A stretch of 64,000 bases of DNA from a virus (lineage: Duplodnaviria; Heunggongvirae; Uroviricota; Caudoviricetes), in IMG/VR virus record IMGVR_UViG_3300031133_000383, positions 373,044 to 437,043 of that record. The stretch is one strand, 5' to 3'. Positions 50,706-61,490 of this stretch are shown in pieces. Below the pieces are notes generated by a model, which saw only the letters and a program-made list of their open reading frames with translations, was not told the origin of the DNA and did no database searches. The position numbers and the translations under genes are program-made. Position 1 is the first letter of the stretch, and every line of letters starts with the position of its first letter.

Positions 50706-51137
50706 ATGCATCCAATCAATGATGAAAAGTATAAAGATATTTTGGTTAAAGCTCTTGAAACCGCTCATGATTCACTTAGTCAAAATGATGTTATCATGAA
50801 AAGAGTTCTGTCTCCTGAAAAAGCTGACAAATTCTCAGAGCAAAATGGTTTTGTTTTGGGCATGATCAACAATGTAAAAACAAAAGTAACCAGTGATATG
50901 CCTCTTCATCCGGGTGATGTAGCCACTGTCAACAGAGCATTGGTTGAATACATTCAGAAAGTTGAGAATACACAATCTCATATGATGTATATGGTTCAAG
51001 ATTTGAATGATCTTAAAGATTTCAAAATTGCTGTTGAAGATGTTCACAAAACTCAAATGAGATTTTCTGCTGAACAATCACAAGATCAAGCTCAAAAAAT
51101 GCAGTTGATGCAAAGAAATAGACCAAGCCCTATGTAA
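50706..51137 (+). CDS. hypothetical helical protein
   Basis: AAGG RBS, terminator. Confidence 0.75.
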   Translation: MHPINDEKYKDILVKALETAHDSLSQNDVIMKRVLSPEKADKFSEQNGFVLGMINNVKTKVTSDMPLHPGDVATVNRALVEYIQKVENTQSHMMYMVQDLNDLKDFKIAVEDVHKTQMRFSAEQSQDQAQKMQLMQRNRPSPM

Positions 51138-51325
51138 TATAGCTGCTTATAAAAAACGCCTTCAGAGGCTTTTTTTTATTGTTGACAATTTTCTATTTTC
51201 ATTATAAATTTGTATATCGGTAAGGTTTTATGTATGACAAGATTATATGAATTTACACAAGAACATGATATACCTATGAAAAAAACTAATCTTTATAAAA
51301 TGATAAAAATATAATTTTAATAGTA

Positions 51326-51673
51326 TTATGAATAATGAGTAAACAATAAGAAATTGAGAGTGAGATTGTGGTCTATTGCAAACTTTTCTTTAAGCTCTAC
51401 TCTTACTGATTGCTCATCAAATGTTTGTTGATTAAACACAGTCATTGGAAAGCCTTCATAACTTTCGTAAGTGCTTGCAACTAACTTTCCAATAATAGCA
51501 TATTCTTGACTCATTCCATCTACAACAACTATCAAGTCACCTTTCTTTTGTTTTTTTGATTTCCAATATTGACTATGAATATACTCATTTTCTTCAATAT
51601 TGTATTTTTCATTGTATTGTTTGGCTGTCATTTTTACGCCATATATTAAATAGTGCCTTGCATTTACAGACAT
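51326..51673 (-). CDS. hypothetical phage protein
   Basis: AAGGAG RBS; VVDGMSQEY. Confidence 0.8.
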   Translation of the reverse strand: MSVNARHYLIYGVKMTAKQYNEKYNIEENEYIHSQYWKSKKQKKGDLIVVVDGMSQEYAIIGKLVASTYESYEGFPMTVFNQQTFDEQSVRVELKEKFAIDHNLTLNFLLFTHYS

Positions 51674-51824
51674 AATTGCACTCCTTTTGGAAACCTTACT
51701 ATACTTTAAAAAATCTGTAAGAGCAATAAAAAATTTATCAACCTGCTACTGATTTTGTTGTTGTATAGTTTAAAAATATAGCGTATAATAAACACCTATC
51801 TTATACAAACATGAGGTTTTATCA

Positions 51825-52136
51825 ATGTCTCAACAAAAACAACAGCCTGTTCAAGTTCATCTTATTGGTCAATATGCGACTTTAGTTGGGCATTCTTTTA
51901 TGTTTCCGGCTGGCTGCAAAGTCTTTATTCAAAAACGAGTAGATGATAGCAAAAATCAGAAATCGGTTTATCAGGGCAATTATTGTTCGGCTTTAAACAC
52001 TGTTGTTGAAGTTCAATTTGATGCAAAGACTCTTCGACATTCTGATTATAAGGAACATCCTGTGCGAGGTACATATCAAGTAATCTTGAAAGAATCTGAT
52101 CTTGATTTAACTGCTTTACCAGAAATTCCGTTTTAA
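51825..52136 (+). CDS. hypothetical protein
   Basis: GAGG RBS. Confidence 0.75.
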   Translation: MSQQKQQPVQVHLIGQYATLVGHSFMFPAGCKVFIQKRVDDSKNQKSVYQGNYCSALNTVVEVQFDAKTLRHSDYKEHPVRGTYQVILKESDLDLTALPEIPF

Positions 52137-52194
52137 ATTTCCACTATAAAAAAGGTCCGAAGACCTTTTTTATTTATATTTTTGGGAGAATTGT

Positions 52195-53058
52195 ATGTTT
52201 TTTAAAAATAAAAAAACGAAAGCATCAATAAAAGAAAAAAAAGATATTGATAAATTTGTTAATTATATTAAAAAAACTTATAATTTTGATAAAGTTGATA
52301 TTATTGATTTAAATTCTAAACTGGATATGAATAATTTGGTTGTTCGGGCAGCCATTGATGATATATGCAGCTTATCAGAGGATAATAATATCACTTTTGA
52401 TCTAGAAAGAATACAAAGGGCCTTCTATAATCTTGTTAGTCAATATAATAAACCAAGTATTATGGTATTGACTCGACAGCATCATCATTTTAATGAAATT
52501 TCTTATATGCTTTTTTATAAGACAGATAATTCATTTATTATCCCTGTTAAATATCTAAGTGATTATACTATTTTTGGAAAACATACATTGATTGACAAAG
52601 ATCGAGGATATGGTTTTTTGCAAGTTGATTATTATCAGTTTCTAATTGATAATTATATTGAATCAATAGATCAAGGAATATACTTTCAAATAAAATACAA
52701 TCCTGAATTTCCGATTTTGAGCATTTCTGAAAATATTAGATTGGTTAACAATAGTGACACTTCTAATTTTCACGTTGATATATTAATTCGTAAAGGCCAT
52801 GGTATAAAAGCTGACGGTTCCTTGTTTGATGGCATACATATTGAACTTTGGCTTAAAGACGTTCTTCTTAAATCTGGTACAGCTACTGTACCCGATGGGA
52901 ATAAATACCTTGTTTCTTTACTAGATGATTTTCTTTTTCCTCTTAATTTTTCATCTGATGAATATTCCACTTTAAATATTACGCCATCCTTATCTGTTGA
53001 CTTTATTGAAAATGTTCCAGACGAGTTGTTGACTATTAAAAAGATGTTGAATATTTAA
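52195..53058 (+). CDS. hypothetical protein, paralog of 53172, C-terminal signature group
   Basis: FIIPV, YGF, F.P.N; ends KKMLNI. Confidence 0.8.
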   Translation: MFFKNKKTKASIKEKKDIDKFVNYIKKTYNFDKVDIIDLNSKLDMNNLVVRAAIDDICSLSEDNNITFDLERIQRAFYNLVSQYNKPSIMVLTRQHHHFNEISYMLFYKTDNSFIIPVKYLSDYTIFGKHTLIDKDRGYGFLQVDYYQFLIDNYIESIDQGIYFQIKYNPEFPILSISENIRLVNNSDTSNFHVDILIRKGHGIKADGSLFDGIHIELWLKDVLLKSGTATVPDGNKYLVSLLDDFLFPLNFSSDEYSTLNITPSLSVDFIENVPDELLTIKKMLNI

Positions 53059-53171
53059 ATTGCAAATACTTAAATAAATGATAGTTTTATAATATCTGAG
53101 ATATTTATGGACATAGCAGTTAATAGGAAATTTTTGATATTGATAGATGATAAATTAAACAAGAGGCCGAC

Positions 53172-53915
53172 ATGAACAACGAAATATTGGAATTATTTAC
53201 TTCAAAGTATTTTTACAATGATGTATCAATCTATGATCAAAAAACATTCAAAGATATTATTAGCATTCATCCTGTCCTGTATGCAGATGATTTTTTAAAT
53301 TTGCCATCTTCTTTCGATATTATAGATTTTGAAAAATACTTTTATCCTATCAGTGCTGATTTTCAGATTATGGTTGCTACTAAAAAAATGTACAGTAGAC
53401 AAAAACATATAGTGATAGGGTTTTATGAAAAAAATGATACTGTCTTTATTCCTATTCCTGATTTAGGCAGTCAGTTTGAACATATCACTCAAGACTTGGG
53501 TTTTGTAATGAATCACAACTATTTCACAGGTGTCAAGGACTATGGTTTTATTCATTTAATGCAAATTACAAATGGTAAAATATATAATATATTTTCAGCT
53601 TTATTTGAGCCAAAGTACGAAAAAAGTGTTTTGTGTAAAAATTTAATTGAAGTTATTGTAACAGAGGCTTACACTGCTGAGAACAACCATGCATTGAATT
53701 TGAAATTGTATTCGAATGAAAAAATCATCAAGCAGGTCACTATTGAATTTGATGTTGAGATTACAACAATGCAGTCTATCATTGAAAAATTCATGTTGCC
53801 CTTCAATCTTACAAAATCCGAATTATTGTCATTTTCTATTCAACCTGCATTGACTGCTGATTTTGTTGAATCGTTTACGCCCACTGATGAAATTTTAAAG
53901 TTGATAAATATTTGA
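53172..53915 (+). CDS. hypothetical protein, paralog of 52195
   Basis: VFIPI, YGF; ends LKLINI. Confidence 0.8.
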   Translation: MNNEILELFTSKYFYNDVSIYDQKTFKDIISIHPVLYADDFLNLPSSFDIIDFEKYFYPISADFQIMVATKKMYSRQKHIVIGFYEKNDTVFIPIPDLGSQFEHITQDLGFVMNHNYFTGVKDYGFIHLMQITNGKIYNIFSALFEPKYEKSVLCKNLIEVIVTEAYTAENNHALNLKLYSNEKIIKQVTIEFDVEITTMQSIIEKFMLPFNLTKSELLSFSIQPALTADFVESFTPTDEILKLINI

Positions 53916-53977
53916 TTTTTTCCTTTGACGATTCATGTAAAAAGGTTATTATGTAATTAACAAACAGGAGAAATAAA

Positions 53978-54196
53978 ATGAAATTTTTTGATAGCAAAGG
54001 AAAGATTTTAACAGGTTATGTCATTTTTGATCGTGATGGTTTCTTGAAAACAGAAGTCGAACAAGAACTCAACAATGTGCATATTGATTCTTATCCTGCA
54101 CGTTCAGATCTTGTACGGTGTTTTTATGCTAAACGATTTTGGAATGCCAATAAAGATGGAGCAGGATCACATCAGTCTGTTTTTGTAAAAATCTAA
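53978..54196 (+). CDS. hypothetical protein
   Basis: AGGAG RBS, terminator. Confidence 0.75.
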   Translation: MKFFDSKGKILTGYVIFDRDGFLKTEVEQELNNVHIDSYPARSDLVRCFYAKRFWNANKDGAGSHQSVFVKI

Positions 54197-54278
54197 GCCT
54201 TTTCGAAGGCTTTTTTCTTGCGTGTATAACGGTATTTTGATATAATCGTGCCATTCAATTACTCACTAGGAGTTACGT

Positions 54279-55382
54279 ATGGAATTGTTTTTGATTGGCA
54301 TTCCACTTGCTTTCATTTTTCCCTTGATTTGCAAGCTTATTTTTCCACATGCTGTGACTGTGAAAGAGTACATACTCACAGCCGGTGTCAATGTCGTTTG
54401 TGTGGTTCTTTTTAGTTTCCTTATTGGTTTTCATGCCACCTATGATGAAGAAATTTGGAGTGGACAGGTTACCAAAAAATACTCTGAGCGTGTTTCCTGT
54501 GATCATTCTTATTCCTGCAATTGTCGCCAAGTTCAGTCAGGAACTGACAGTCGAGGCAATGCCACCTATATTCAACAGTGCGATACCTGCTATGAACATG
54601 CCTACGATATTGACTGGGTTGTTGCAAGCAATATTGGAAAGCTTGATATTGATCGAGTGGATCGTCGTGGTGAAAAAGAACCACCACGTTTCAGCAAAGT
54701 TAAAATTGGTGAACCTTTTGCAATGACTCGTATGTTTAAAAACTACATTAAGGCTTCTCCCAATACTTTGTTTAAAAACCCTGAATCATTGATTGCTCCT
54801 TTTATTGGCAAGCTACCAGCTTACCCATTAATCACAGATTACTATCATATTCAGCGAGTGTTTACACAGGATGTTGTAGTGGATAATACTTTGAATATCA
54901 TGCTCAATGAAATGATGCGTAAATGGGGACCGGGTAAGCAAGCCAATGTGCTGGCTGTATTTTTAGGTGAAGGCTACAGTCAAGATTATTTTCAAGCTCT
55001 CCAATCTTTCTGGTTGGGTGGTAAAAAGAATGATGTAGTCATAGTCACTCAGCTTGAAAAGGATGGTAAAATAGGTTGGACCCGTGTCTTTTCTAGGGCA
55101 GAAAATGCTGTTTTTGAAAAATCCATTGAAATGGATGTCAATAACATGGGTGTTTTCACACCAGTGGCTTTTGTTAAAATCATTGATACCAATATCAATG
55201 AGCGTTATAAGCGAATGGATTTTGAGCAATTCAAGTACTTGCTGGAAGATGCAAAACCTTCTACTAATGCCTTGATTATTGCTATCGTCATGTCACTGCT
55301 TATCAACTTGGCCATGAGCTTCTTTATCGTCAAGCAAGATGTTTTTGGTGAATCAAATAGTTTTCGTCGCCGTATGTTTTAA
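54279..55382 (+). CDS. conserved large-phage membrane protein with Cys/His-rich periplasmic region
   Basis: 2 N-terminal + 1 C-terminal TM; CDHSYSCNC..CDTCYEH; WLGGKKNDV. Confidence 0.8.
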   Translation: MELFLIGIPLAFIFPLICKLIFPHAVTVKEYILTAGVNVVCVVLFSFLIGFHATYDEEIWSGQVTKKYSERVSCDHSYSCNCRQVQSGTDSRGNATYIQQCDTCYEHAYDIDWVVASNIGKLDIDRVDRRGEKEPPRFSKVKIGEPFAMTRMFKNYIKASPNTLFKNPESLIAPFIGKLPAYPLITDYYHIQRVFTQDVVVDNTLNIMLNEMMRKWGPGKQANVLAVFLGEGYSQDYFQALQSFWLGGKKNDVVIVTQLEKDGKIGWTRVFSRAENAVFEKSIEMDVNNMGVFTPVAFVKIIDTNINERYKRMDFEQFKYLLEDAKPSTNALIIAIVMSLLINLAMSFFIVKQDVFGESNSFRRRMF

Positions 55383-55475
55383 GCGAATCAAAATATAAAA
55401 TAATGCTTGTTTCATTATGCTAATGATGTTAAAATGCACACCTAACTTAATAAAACTCTTAAGGAGAGTCAACCG

Positions 55476-56099
55476 ATGAATCAAATTAAAAATCAAAAAG
55501 GCAGTGCCACAACCCTTATTATCGTTCTTGTCGCCTTTTTTGGATTGATGTTTGTGTTTGCTGCAGGTATTGGTTTGTATGCAGTCAATAAACGAAATTC
55601 TTTTATTGCTGTTGAAAATGGCATTGTTTTTAGCTACGAAGAATCAAAAAACGTTCATTCTAACTACGTGCTAAAGATTAAGGAAATGGCACAAGTGCCT
55701 GCAATGGCTACCGCTCAACTGGCCACCATTATTCGAGAAGCTATTCAAGGACGGTATGGTGATGATGGTTCTAAAGCAGTCTTCCAGTTTATTAAGGAAC
55801 AGAACCCCACTGTTGATCAAAGCCTGTATACCAACATTCAAAAAGAGATTACGGGTGGTCGTTCAGACTTCAAAACATCAATTACTCGGGTAAATGACCG
55901 AAAACAAGTAGCTACCAATATGTTGGATGATACCGTAGGTGGGTTCTTCCTTAAGTTTATGGGTATGCCTCGTAAGCATTTTGGGTACGATGGTGATAAG
56001 GATGACTACCCTGTCATTATGTCAGAACAATCGGCTGAGACGTTTAAGACTGGTATCGATAAAGGCGTTGAATTGATGCCAGCACCTACTACAAAGTAG
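55476..56099 (+). CDS. LemA-like membrane-anchored protein
   Basis: N-terminal TM, helical body; adjacent to the 54279 membrane protein. Confidence 0.6.
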   Translation: MNQIKNQKGSATTLIIVLVAFFGLMFVFAAGIGLYAVNKRNSFIAVENGIVFSYEESKNVHSNYVLKIKEMAQVPAMATAQLATIIREAIQGRYGDDGSKAVFQFIKEQNPTVDQSLYTNIQKEITGGRSDFKTSITRVNDRKQVATNMLDDTVGGFFLKFMGMPRKHFGYDGDKDDYPVIMSEQSAETFKTGIDKGVELMPAPTTK

Positions 56100-56226
56100 C
56101 AGGTGACCGCTTATTGAAAGATCGAAAAACTTCAACCTTGTGTTGGAGTTTTTTTTTGAGTGAAATCGTTGCTTTTTAGGAAAAAAATTGATAAAATAAG
56201 GGTTCAATTAAACTTGTCTTCAAGAG

Positions 56227-56610
56227 GTGTTTATGAGCAAACAAAAATTCAGTTCCAATAAATTGAGTCGTCTAGAAGAAGTTTACTTTGTGGCTGATGA
56301 AGCAGGTCTTGTTCGCGACAGTAAAGAATACGAAAAAACTAAGTCAGATCGCTATCCTTATTGGCATGATCCCGAAACTGGTCGAAAGTTTCGTTACAAT
56401 GAAGAGACTAATTGCTTCGATATTAGTACGTTGGATATGGATCGTTGGGCCAATTCACAACTAATTTCCGTGGATCTACCAAAAACTCTCGAAGGATTGT
56501 CTTTGTTGATTCAGCAGGCTCATTTTATTACAGATCCTAAACCAATTGACGAAAGCATTAAGCAAAAAGCACCTCACTCTAGGAAATGTAAAAATATTCG
56601 ACACCAGTAA
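56227..56610 (+). CDS. hypothetical protein
   Basis: GAGG RBS. Confidence 0.75.
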   Translation: MFMSKQKFSSNKLSRLEEVYFVADEAGLVRDSKEYEKTKSDRYPYWHDPETGRKFRYNEETNCFDISTLDMDRWANSQLISVDLPKTLEGLSLLIQQAHFITDPKPIDESIKQKAPHSRKCKNIRHQ

Positions 56611-56688
56611 AACAATATTCAAATATATCTAAATTTTATTGGCCTATTACTTGTTTTATGATATACTAAATCAACTTAAAATACGAGA

Positions 56689-57543
56689 TTGCCTATGAAC
56701 AAGAATTATAAAATATGCGTAAAACTTAATTATGATCAAGAAACCGCTGAAAAAAAGTCGCGTATTATTGAACTACAAGATTTTATTCATAGGGTCATGC
56801 AAAATCATGGATGGCGTGAATCTGAACCTAATGACAACGTTATTGATTATGTCTTCTCAATTGGTGGCGATGGTACGATGTTGCATACCATGCAATCTCA
56901 TGTTCAAACACGTTCAGTAGTGGTTGGAATCAATGCAGGAAATGTCGGGTTTCTCACCCCTTATAATATCGAAAATGTTTTTGATCTATCAGTGTTCAAA
57001 TTCTTGGATGATAGCTTTACACCACGCATTGAAGATCGTAGTATTCTACAAAATAGTTTCAAGAATAGTTGTGATTCCAGTCTTGCTGTCAATGAGTATA
57101 GTTTCTATGCCAGCAACGTTAATGACATTCTTGACTACTCGATTGAAGTGGAATACAAAGGACATGCTAGCCCTGCTGGTCACTACCGTGCGAATACTCT
57201 TTTGATTTCTGGACCCTGTGGTTCGACTGCTTACAACATGAATGCAGGCGGTGCTATTGTTGACCCTACTGTTCGATGTATGCAAATCATGATGATTGCT
57301 CCTACAATTCTTGGTATTCGTCCTTTGATTATTGGTCGAAATTCAACTATCAACATTCGCTTCAAAAATGATGTGAAAGTTTTTATCGATGGCATGCCTT
57401 ACAGAGAAATTAAAGCATCAGAAAGTGAAGTTTTTTCCATCAATCTTTTGTTAGAAGAATCAAAAGTAATGCTACCAAATGATTTCAACTTTTACAGTAT
57501 GTTAAGCCAAAAGCTTCACTGGAACAATGGGAGTGGTGTATGA
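56689..57543 (+). CDS. nadK: NAD(+) kinase
   Basis: GGDGT, GINAGNVGFL, NE, GSTAYNMNAGG. Confidence 0.92.
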   Translation: MPMNKNYKICVKLNYDQETAEKKSRIIELQDFIHRVMQNHGWRESEPNDNVIDYVFSIGGDGTMLHTMQSHVQTRSVVVGINAGNVGFLTPYNIENVFDLSVFKFLDDSFTPRIEDRSILQNSFKNSCDSSLAVNEYSFYASNVNDILDYSIEVEYKGHASPAGHYRANTLLISGPCGSTAYNMNAGGAIVDPTVRCMQIMMIAPTILGIRPLIIGRNSTINIRFKNDVKVFIDGMPYREIKASESEVFSINLLLEESKVMLPNDFNFYSMLSQKLHWNNGSGV

Positions 57544-57779
57544 GCGACTATGAAGATGCAAAAGCTGCTGGTTTGACTCAGCAGGATCGTTGGATGGATG
57601 GTGTTGATCATCATCCTATGTCTAAAAAGTTAATGGCTTTTTTACAGGATCATGACTTGCATGATTATGATGACTACTTTTGTTGGAAATCAGGTGGTGA
57701 TGGTGATAATGGTGAAAATTTGATGTATCAAATGGATGCATTCTTTGAATTATTGGATAAACAAAAAAATGAAAAATAA
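57540..57779 (+). CDS. hypothetical phage protein
   Basis: FCWKSGGDGDNGE motif. Confidence 0.8.
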   Translation: MSDYEDAKAAGLTQQDRWMDGVDHHPMSKKLMAFLQDHDLHDYDDYFCWKSGGDGDNGENLMYQMDAFFELLDKQKNEK

Positions 57780-58392
57780 ACAGTTTTTTCTATTTTTTCA
57801 ACCTATATTGATAACTGTCATTTTGTCAATTCTTTTAATGACCCATATCTATATTGAAGTGGGTATATCCTCTCGCCTCATGCCAAGTATTGGTTTGTTT
57901 TTGGGACATACATCTTTGTATTTCTTTTTTATCTACAAAAAAGCAATAATGATACGTTCAGCTTTTCATATTGTGTTTATGTCCGTAATACTGTTACTTG
58001 GATTCTTTAATCAGACATTTGTTCTTTATGATTTGTTTCTAAATACTCTTTGTGCGTTAGGTTTTATTGCTGCTGCTGTCTTTGAATTACGCAGTGTTAA
58101 TAGCATACTAAAAAACAATGATTTTGAATCCAATTTTAACGCCAAACCTTCGATGTACATATATATCAATAATGATTTGAAGCTATTGTACAAATGGAAA
58201 TTATCAACACCTCCTAAATTTGGATCGGATCATTTCACTTATCTTAATAATGATATTCAATTTGATAAAAAAGGCATTAAAAACACCGATTTGACTTATG
58301 ATATTATCAAACAATATTTAAACACAAGTCTATTAACAATAAAACAATTTGAAAAAAATGATTTGAAAACTATCGAAATGCTTTATCATTGA
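57769..58392 (+). CDS. 4-TM membrane protein, C-terminal signature group
   Basis: Hydrophobic N-half; ends TIEMLYH. Confidence 0.75.
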   Translation: MKNKQFFLFFQPILITVILSILLMTHIYIEVGISSRLMPSIGLFLGHTSLYFFFIYKKAIMIRSAFHIVFMSVILLLGFFNQTFVLYDLFLNTLCALGFIAAAVFELRSVNSILKNNDFESNFNAKPSMYIYINNDLKLLYKWKLSTPPKFGSDHFTYLNNDIQFDKKGIKNTDLTYDIIKQYLNTSLLTIKQFEKNDLKTIEMLYH

Positions 58393-58581
58393 TATTTTTC
58401 TTATAGTCATCAATAAAGAAGAATAAGCTATTAGATAGCCAGTATTGCTATTTTCATATATTATGATACCATTAATCTATTTAAAAACAGGTATTCATTA
58501 TGAAGATATTTGCACAAGCCTATCTTGATACTTACCATTTGCCATGGAGTCAAAGCATTCAGCCTGCTGATAAGGTATTAC

Positions 58582-59767
58582 CAAATCTTAGTAAAAAGAA
58601 TGCCCCTCGATTCATCTATGGGGATGAATTTTTATGATTCAAATTATTGACTTTATTGATAATTTATTGTAAAATTCTGAGATGAATAATCTAACGACCA
58701 TTAAAACTCTAAAAATTAGAGTTAAAGACAAACATAAAGGCGTTCTTTGCCAAATGGCGAAGAACGTTAATCTCGTTTGGAACTTCGTTAATGAAATCAG
58801 TACTCGCTCAATTGTTGAGCGTAACAAATTCCTTTCCGCTAGAGATCTTCAAAAATACACCGATGGTTCTTCAAAACTACTCAAATTGCATAGTCAAACT
58901 ATTCAAGGAATTTGTGATGAATATGCTACTCGTAGAATTCAATTCAAGAAAAGAAAATTAAAATGGCGAAAATCGGTAGGATCTAGACGATCTCTTGGTT
59001 GGGTTCCTTTTAAGGCTAGTGCTGTTTCTTATAAAAATGGTCAAATTCATTTTAATAAACATCATTTTTCTATTTGGGACAGTTACGGACTGTCCAAATA
59101 TAAATTTAAAAGTGGTTCTTTTAATGAAGATGCTCGTGGTCGATGGTACTTCAACGTAGCAGTTGAAGTTCCAAGAACATTCTCTTCAAGCCAAGGTAGT
59201 GTAGGGATTGATCTTGGGTTTAAAGAATCTGCTGTCTGCAGTGACGGTTTTAAAACAGAAAGAAATAGGATTTATCGTTCTTATGAAAAGAAATTAGCTA
59301 TTGCTCAACGTTCTAACAACAAAGTTAGAACGAGAGCTATTCACGCTAAAATTGCTAATATTCGAAAAGATACACTTCATAAATTCACACATCATTTAGT
59401 CAAAAACTACAGTGAAATTTATGTAGGTGATTTGAGCATTAAGAAAATGCTCAAAGCCAAAAGAGGAAAGTCTACGTTAGATGCCGCTCATGGCATGATA
59501 AGAAGTATGCTGGTTTATAAATGCGATAACGCAGGCATACATCACAATGTGAATGTAGACGAAAAAAACACTACCCGCACCTGTCATTCGTGTAAGTCTC
59601 TAACAGGACCGAAAGGATTAGATGGGCTGCGAATAAGAGTATGGACTTGTTGTGTGTGTGGTGACACACACAATCGGGATGAAAATTCCGCTAAGAATAT
59701 ACTTGAGGTCGGACATGGCCTTCTAGCAGTAGGAATCCCCTTGCTTTAGCTATGGGGTGGATGTCAA
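58582..59767 (+). mobile_element. IS605-family tnpB-only element
   Basis: Inserted 3' of TTAC, right end TCAA (IS608-like); CCCC..ATGGGG hairpins at both ends. Confidence 0.88.
58682..59749 (+). CDS. tnpB: RNA-guided endonuclease TnpB
   Basis: GIDLG, VGD, zinc ribbon CHSC/CCVC, RDENSAKNI. Confidence 0.95.
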   Translation: MNNLTTIKTLKIRVKDKHKGVLCQMAKNVNLVWNFVNEISTRSIVERNKFLSARDLQKYTDGSSKLLKLHSQTIQGICDEYATRRIQFKKRKLKWRKSVGSRRSLGWVPFKASAVSYKNGQIHFNKHHFSIWDSYGLSKYKFKSGSFNEDARGRWYFNVAVEVPRTFSSSQGSVGIDLGFKESAVCSDGFKTERNRIYRSYEKKLAIAQRSNNKVRTRAIHAKIANIRKDTLHKFTHHLVKNYSEIYVGDLSIKKMLKAKRGKSTLDAAHGMIRSMLVYKCDNAGIHHNVNVDEKNTTRTCHSCKSLTGPKGLDGLRIRVWTCCVCGDTHNRDENSAKNILEVGHGLLAVGIPLL

Positions 59768-60380
59768 ACAGTCTTGATCATTTCTATGGACGCATGGTTA
59801 TTGTGACTGAACAAATAGACGTTAACCAGTTTGCTTTAGATTCAGATTATCTAGATACTTCAAAAAAAGATACAATTTCCAATTGGAATCATTCTTGTAT
59901 TCAACAATTGCATTCTATACTGCAACAAGATATTTCGAATGGCATAACACTGGTTTGTGGTTTTCTTTTTTGATAAAAATAAAATCAGTTGTTTTGATAG
60001 TTCATTTGTTGGTTATTTTTATTTATCTACTGTTTGGGAGAATATACTCGGCGGTAGTGAAAGTTATTGTCTTGATTATGATGACATTGTTGAATATGCA
60101 AATTTCTTCAATCTACCTATGCCAAAAGTGATGTATCGTGGACTATTTGACAAGTATAAACTCATTGACATTGCTGACAAATTAGACAGCTTGACAATTA
60201 ATGGTTATATTTTGAGAACTGTTGATGGCTTTATGCGACATGAATTAAACAAGTGTGTTGCAATATATAGATCACCGACTGTTAAGAAGCTATTGTTTTA
60301 GTTATCATCTAAAAATTAAATTGACAGCTATTTTACTTTTTTGGTATACTATACATTCATTATTGATTGGAGTTAAAAAG

Positions 60381-60584
60381 ATGACTGATCGCAATATTGT
60401 TGGCATTATGTTCAGAACCTCAGAAGATTTCTTGAATATCAAGCAAATGATTGGCAATATTTATGACACCATGAACCAAGCCGACACGCCAACTATTGAA
60501 CAAACAGAAAACCATGTAGTAGGCAAAGTTGATATTGAGCTTATTGCTTGGGTAGAAAATTCAATTCCCAGTTTTTTTAAATAG
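60381..60584 (+). CDS. hypothetical protein
   Basis: GGAG RBS before ATG 60381. Confidence 0.65.
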   Translation: MTDRNIVGIMFRTSEDFLNIKQMIGNIYDTMNQADTPTIEQTENHVVGKVDIELIAWVENSIPSFFK

Positions 60585-60591
60585 GTGTTTT

Positions 60592-60780
60592 ATGGGTAGC
60601 AAATACAAAGACAAACATAAACAAACACAAACACCAGCAGAACGAAAACGAATAGCTTTCAGTGATAAGTATTCTTATTGCTCTAACTGTAGTCGTAAAT
60701 CATATACACACTCTACTTTAATTAAATATTCGAAATGTAGTTGCGGTGGCACTTATCAATCTTTTGGTTTTTCAGCATAG
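60592..60780 (+). CDS. small zinc-ribbon protein
   Basis: CSNC ... CSCGG. Confidence 0.7.
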   Translation: MGSKYKDKHKQTQTPAERKRIAFSDKYSYCSNCSRKSYTHSTLIKYSKCSCGGTYQSFGFSA

Positions 60781-60788
60781 GTATTTGC

Positions 60789-61478
60789 ATGAAAGTTAGA
60801 ATTCCATCAAGACATACTGGATTAATTCGCGAATTCTATCCTTCTGTTGATCTGAATGATTTGTATATTGCTGAACAGCATGTATTTAACGATTTTATCT
60901 TTAAATCCTGCAAGCTACAATTTTTGAATTCAATTATTTATAGAGATAGCGATAGGTATTTTATTTTATTTGAAGGATGTGTGTTTACTCTTCCAGCCAA
61001 TGTTGAAGACACCTACAATTTTGATTTGCAAATAATCATGCTGAGAGCATTTCTTCAAAATACTCAGTTCGTGAGTAATAAAAAACAATTCAATTATCTA
61101 TCACTACTTTATAGCCTATTTTTTAATGCTTCGAAACACCTTTTTAATCAATTATTTAGTAAAATATACAATAATAAAAACTATAAAGATTTCCAACTGG
61201 AAAAGGGAATGTATAATCATGAGTATGACTATTCTTTTTCATGTAATTTTTTAGATGAAAAAATTAAGTTATCTCCCGGCTTTCACAAGAAACATCTTTT
61301 TTTAAAGATTGAGTTAGTGTCGCAAAAATTCTCAAAATCATACCCAGTTAAAAATTTTTCATTGGATCAGTTTATTCTTGATTTTACGAATGATAACGGG
61401 TATAATGTAAGCTCATTTAAAGAAGCTAAAGATCATCTTCAAGACTATATTTTGTTGAGATCGATGGGCAATTATTAA
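60789..61478 (+). CDS. hypothetical protein, C-terminal signature group
   Basis: Ends LRSMGNY. Confidence 0.75.
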   Translation: MKVRIPSRHTGLIREFYPSVDLNDLYIAEQHVFNDFIFKSCKLQFLNSIIYRDSDRYFILFEGCVFTLPANVEDTYNFDLQIIMLRAFLQNTQFVSNKKQFNYLSLLYSLFFNASKHLFNQLFSKIYNNKNYKDFQLEKGMYNHEYDYSFSCNFLDEKIKLSPGFHKKHLFLKIELVSQKFSKSYPVKNFSLDQFILDFTNDNGYNVSSFKEAKDHLQDYILLRSMGNY

Positions 61479-61490
61479 TTGGAGAACCTT

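Larger units (their letters stand above)
58500..60301 (+). pseudogene. RNA-ligase-family gene split by IS insertion and frameshifted
   Basis: TYHLPWS..DKVL|HSLDHF..VTEQID rejoins in frame after IS removal; extra T near 59966-59971. Confidence 0.75.
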
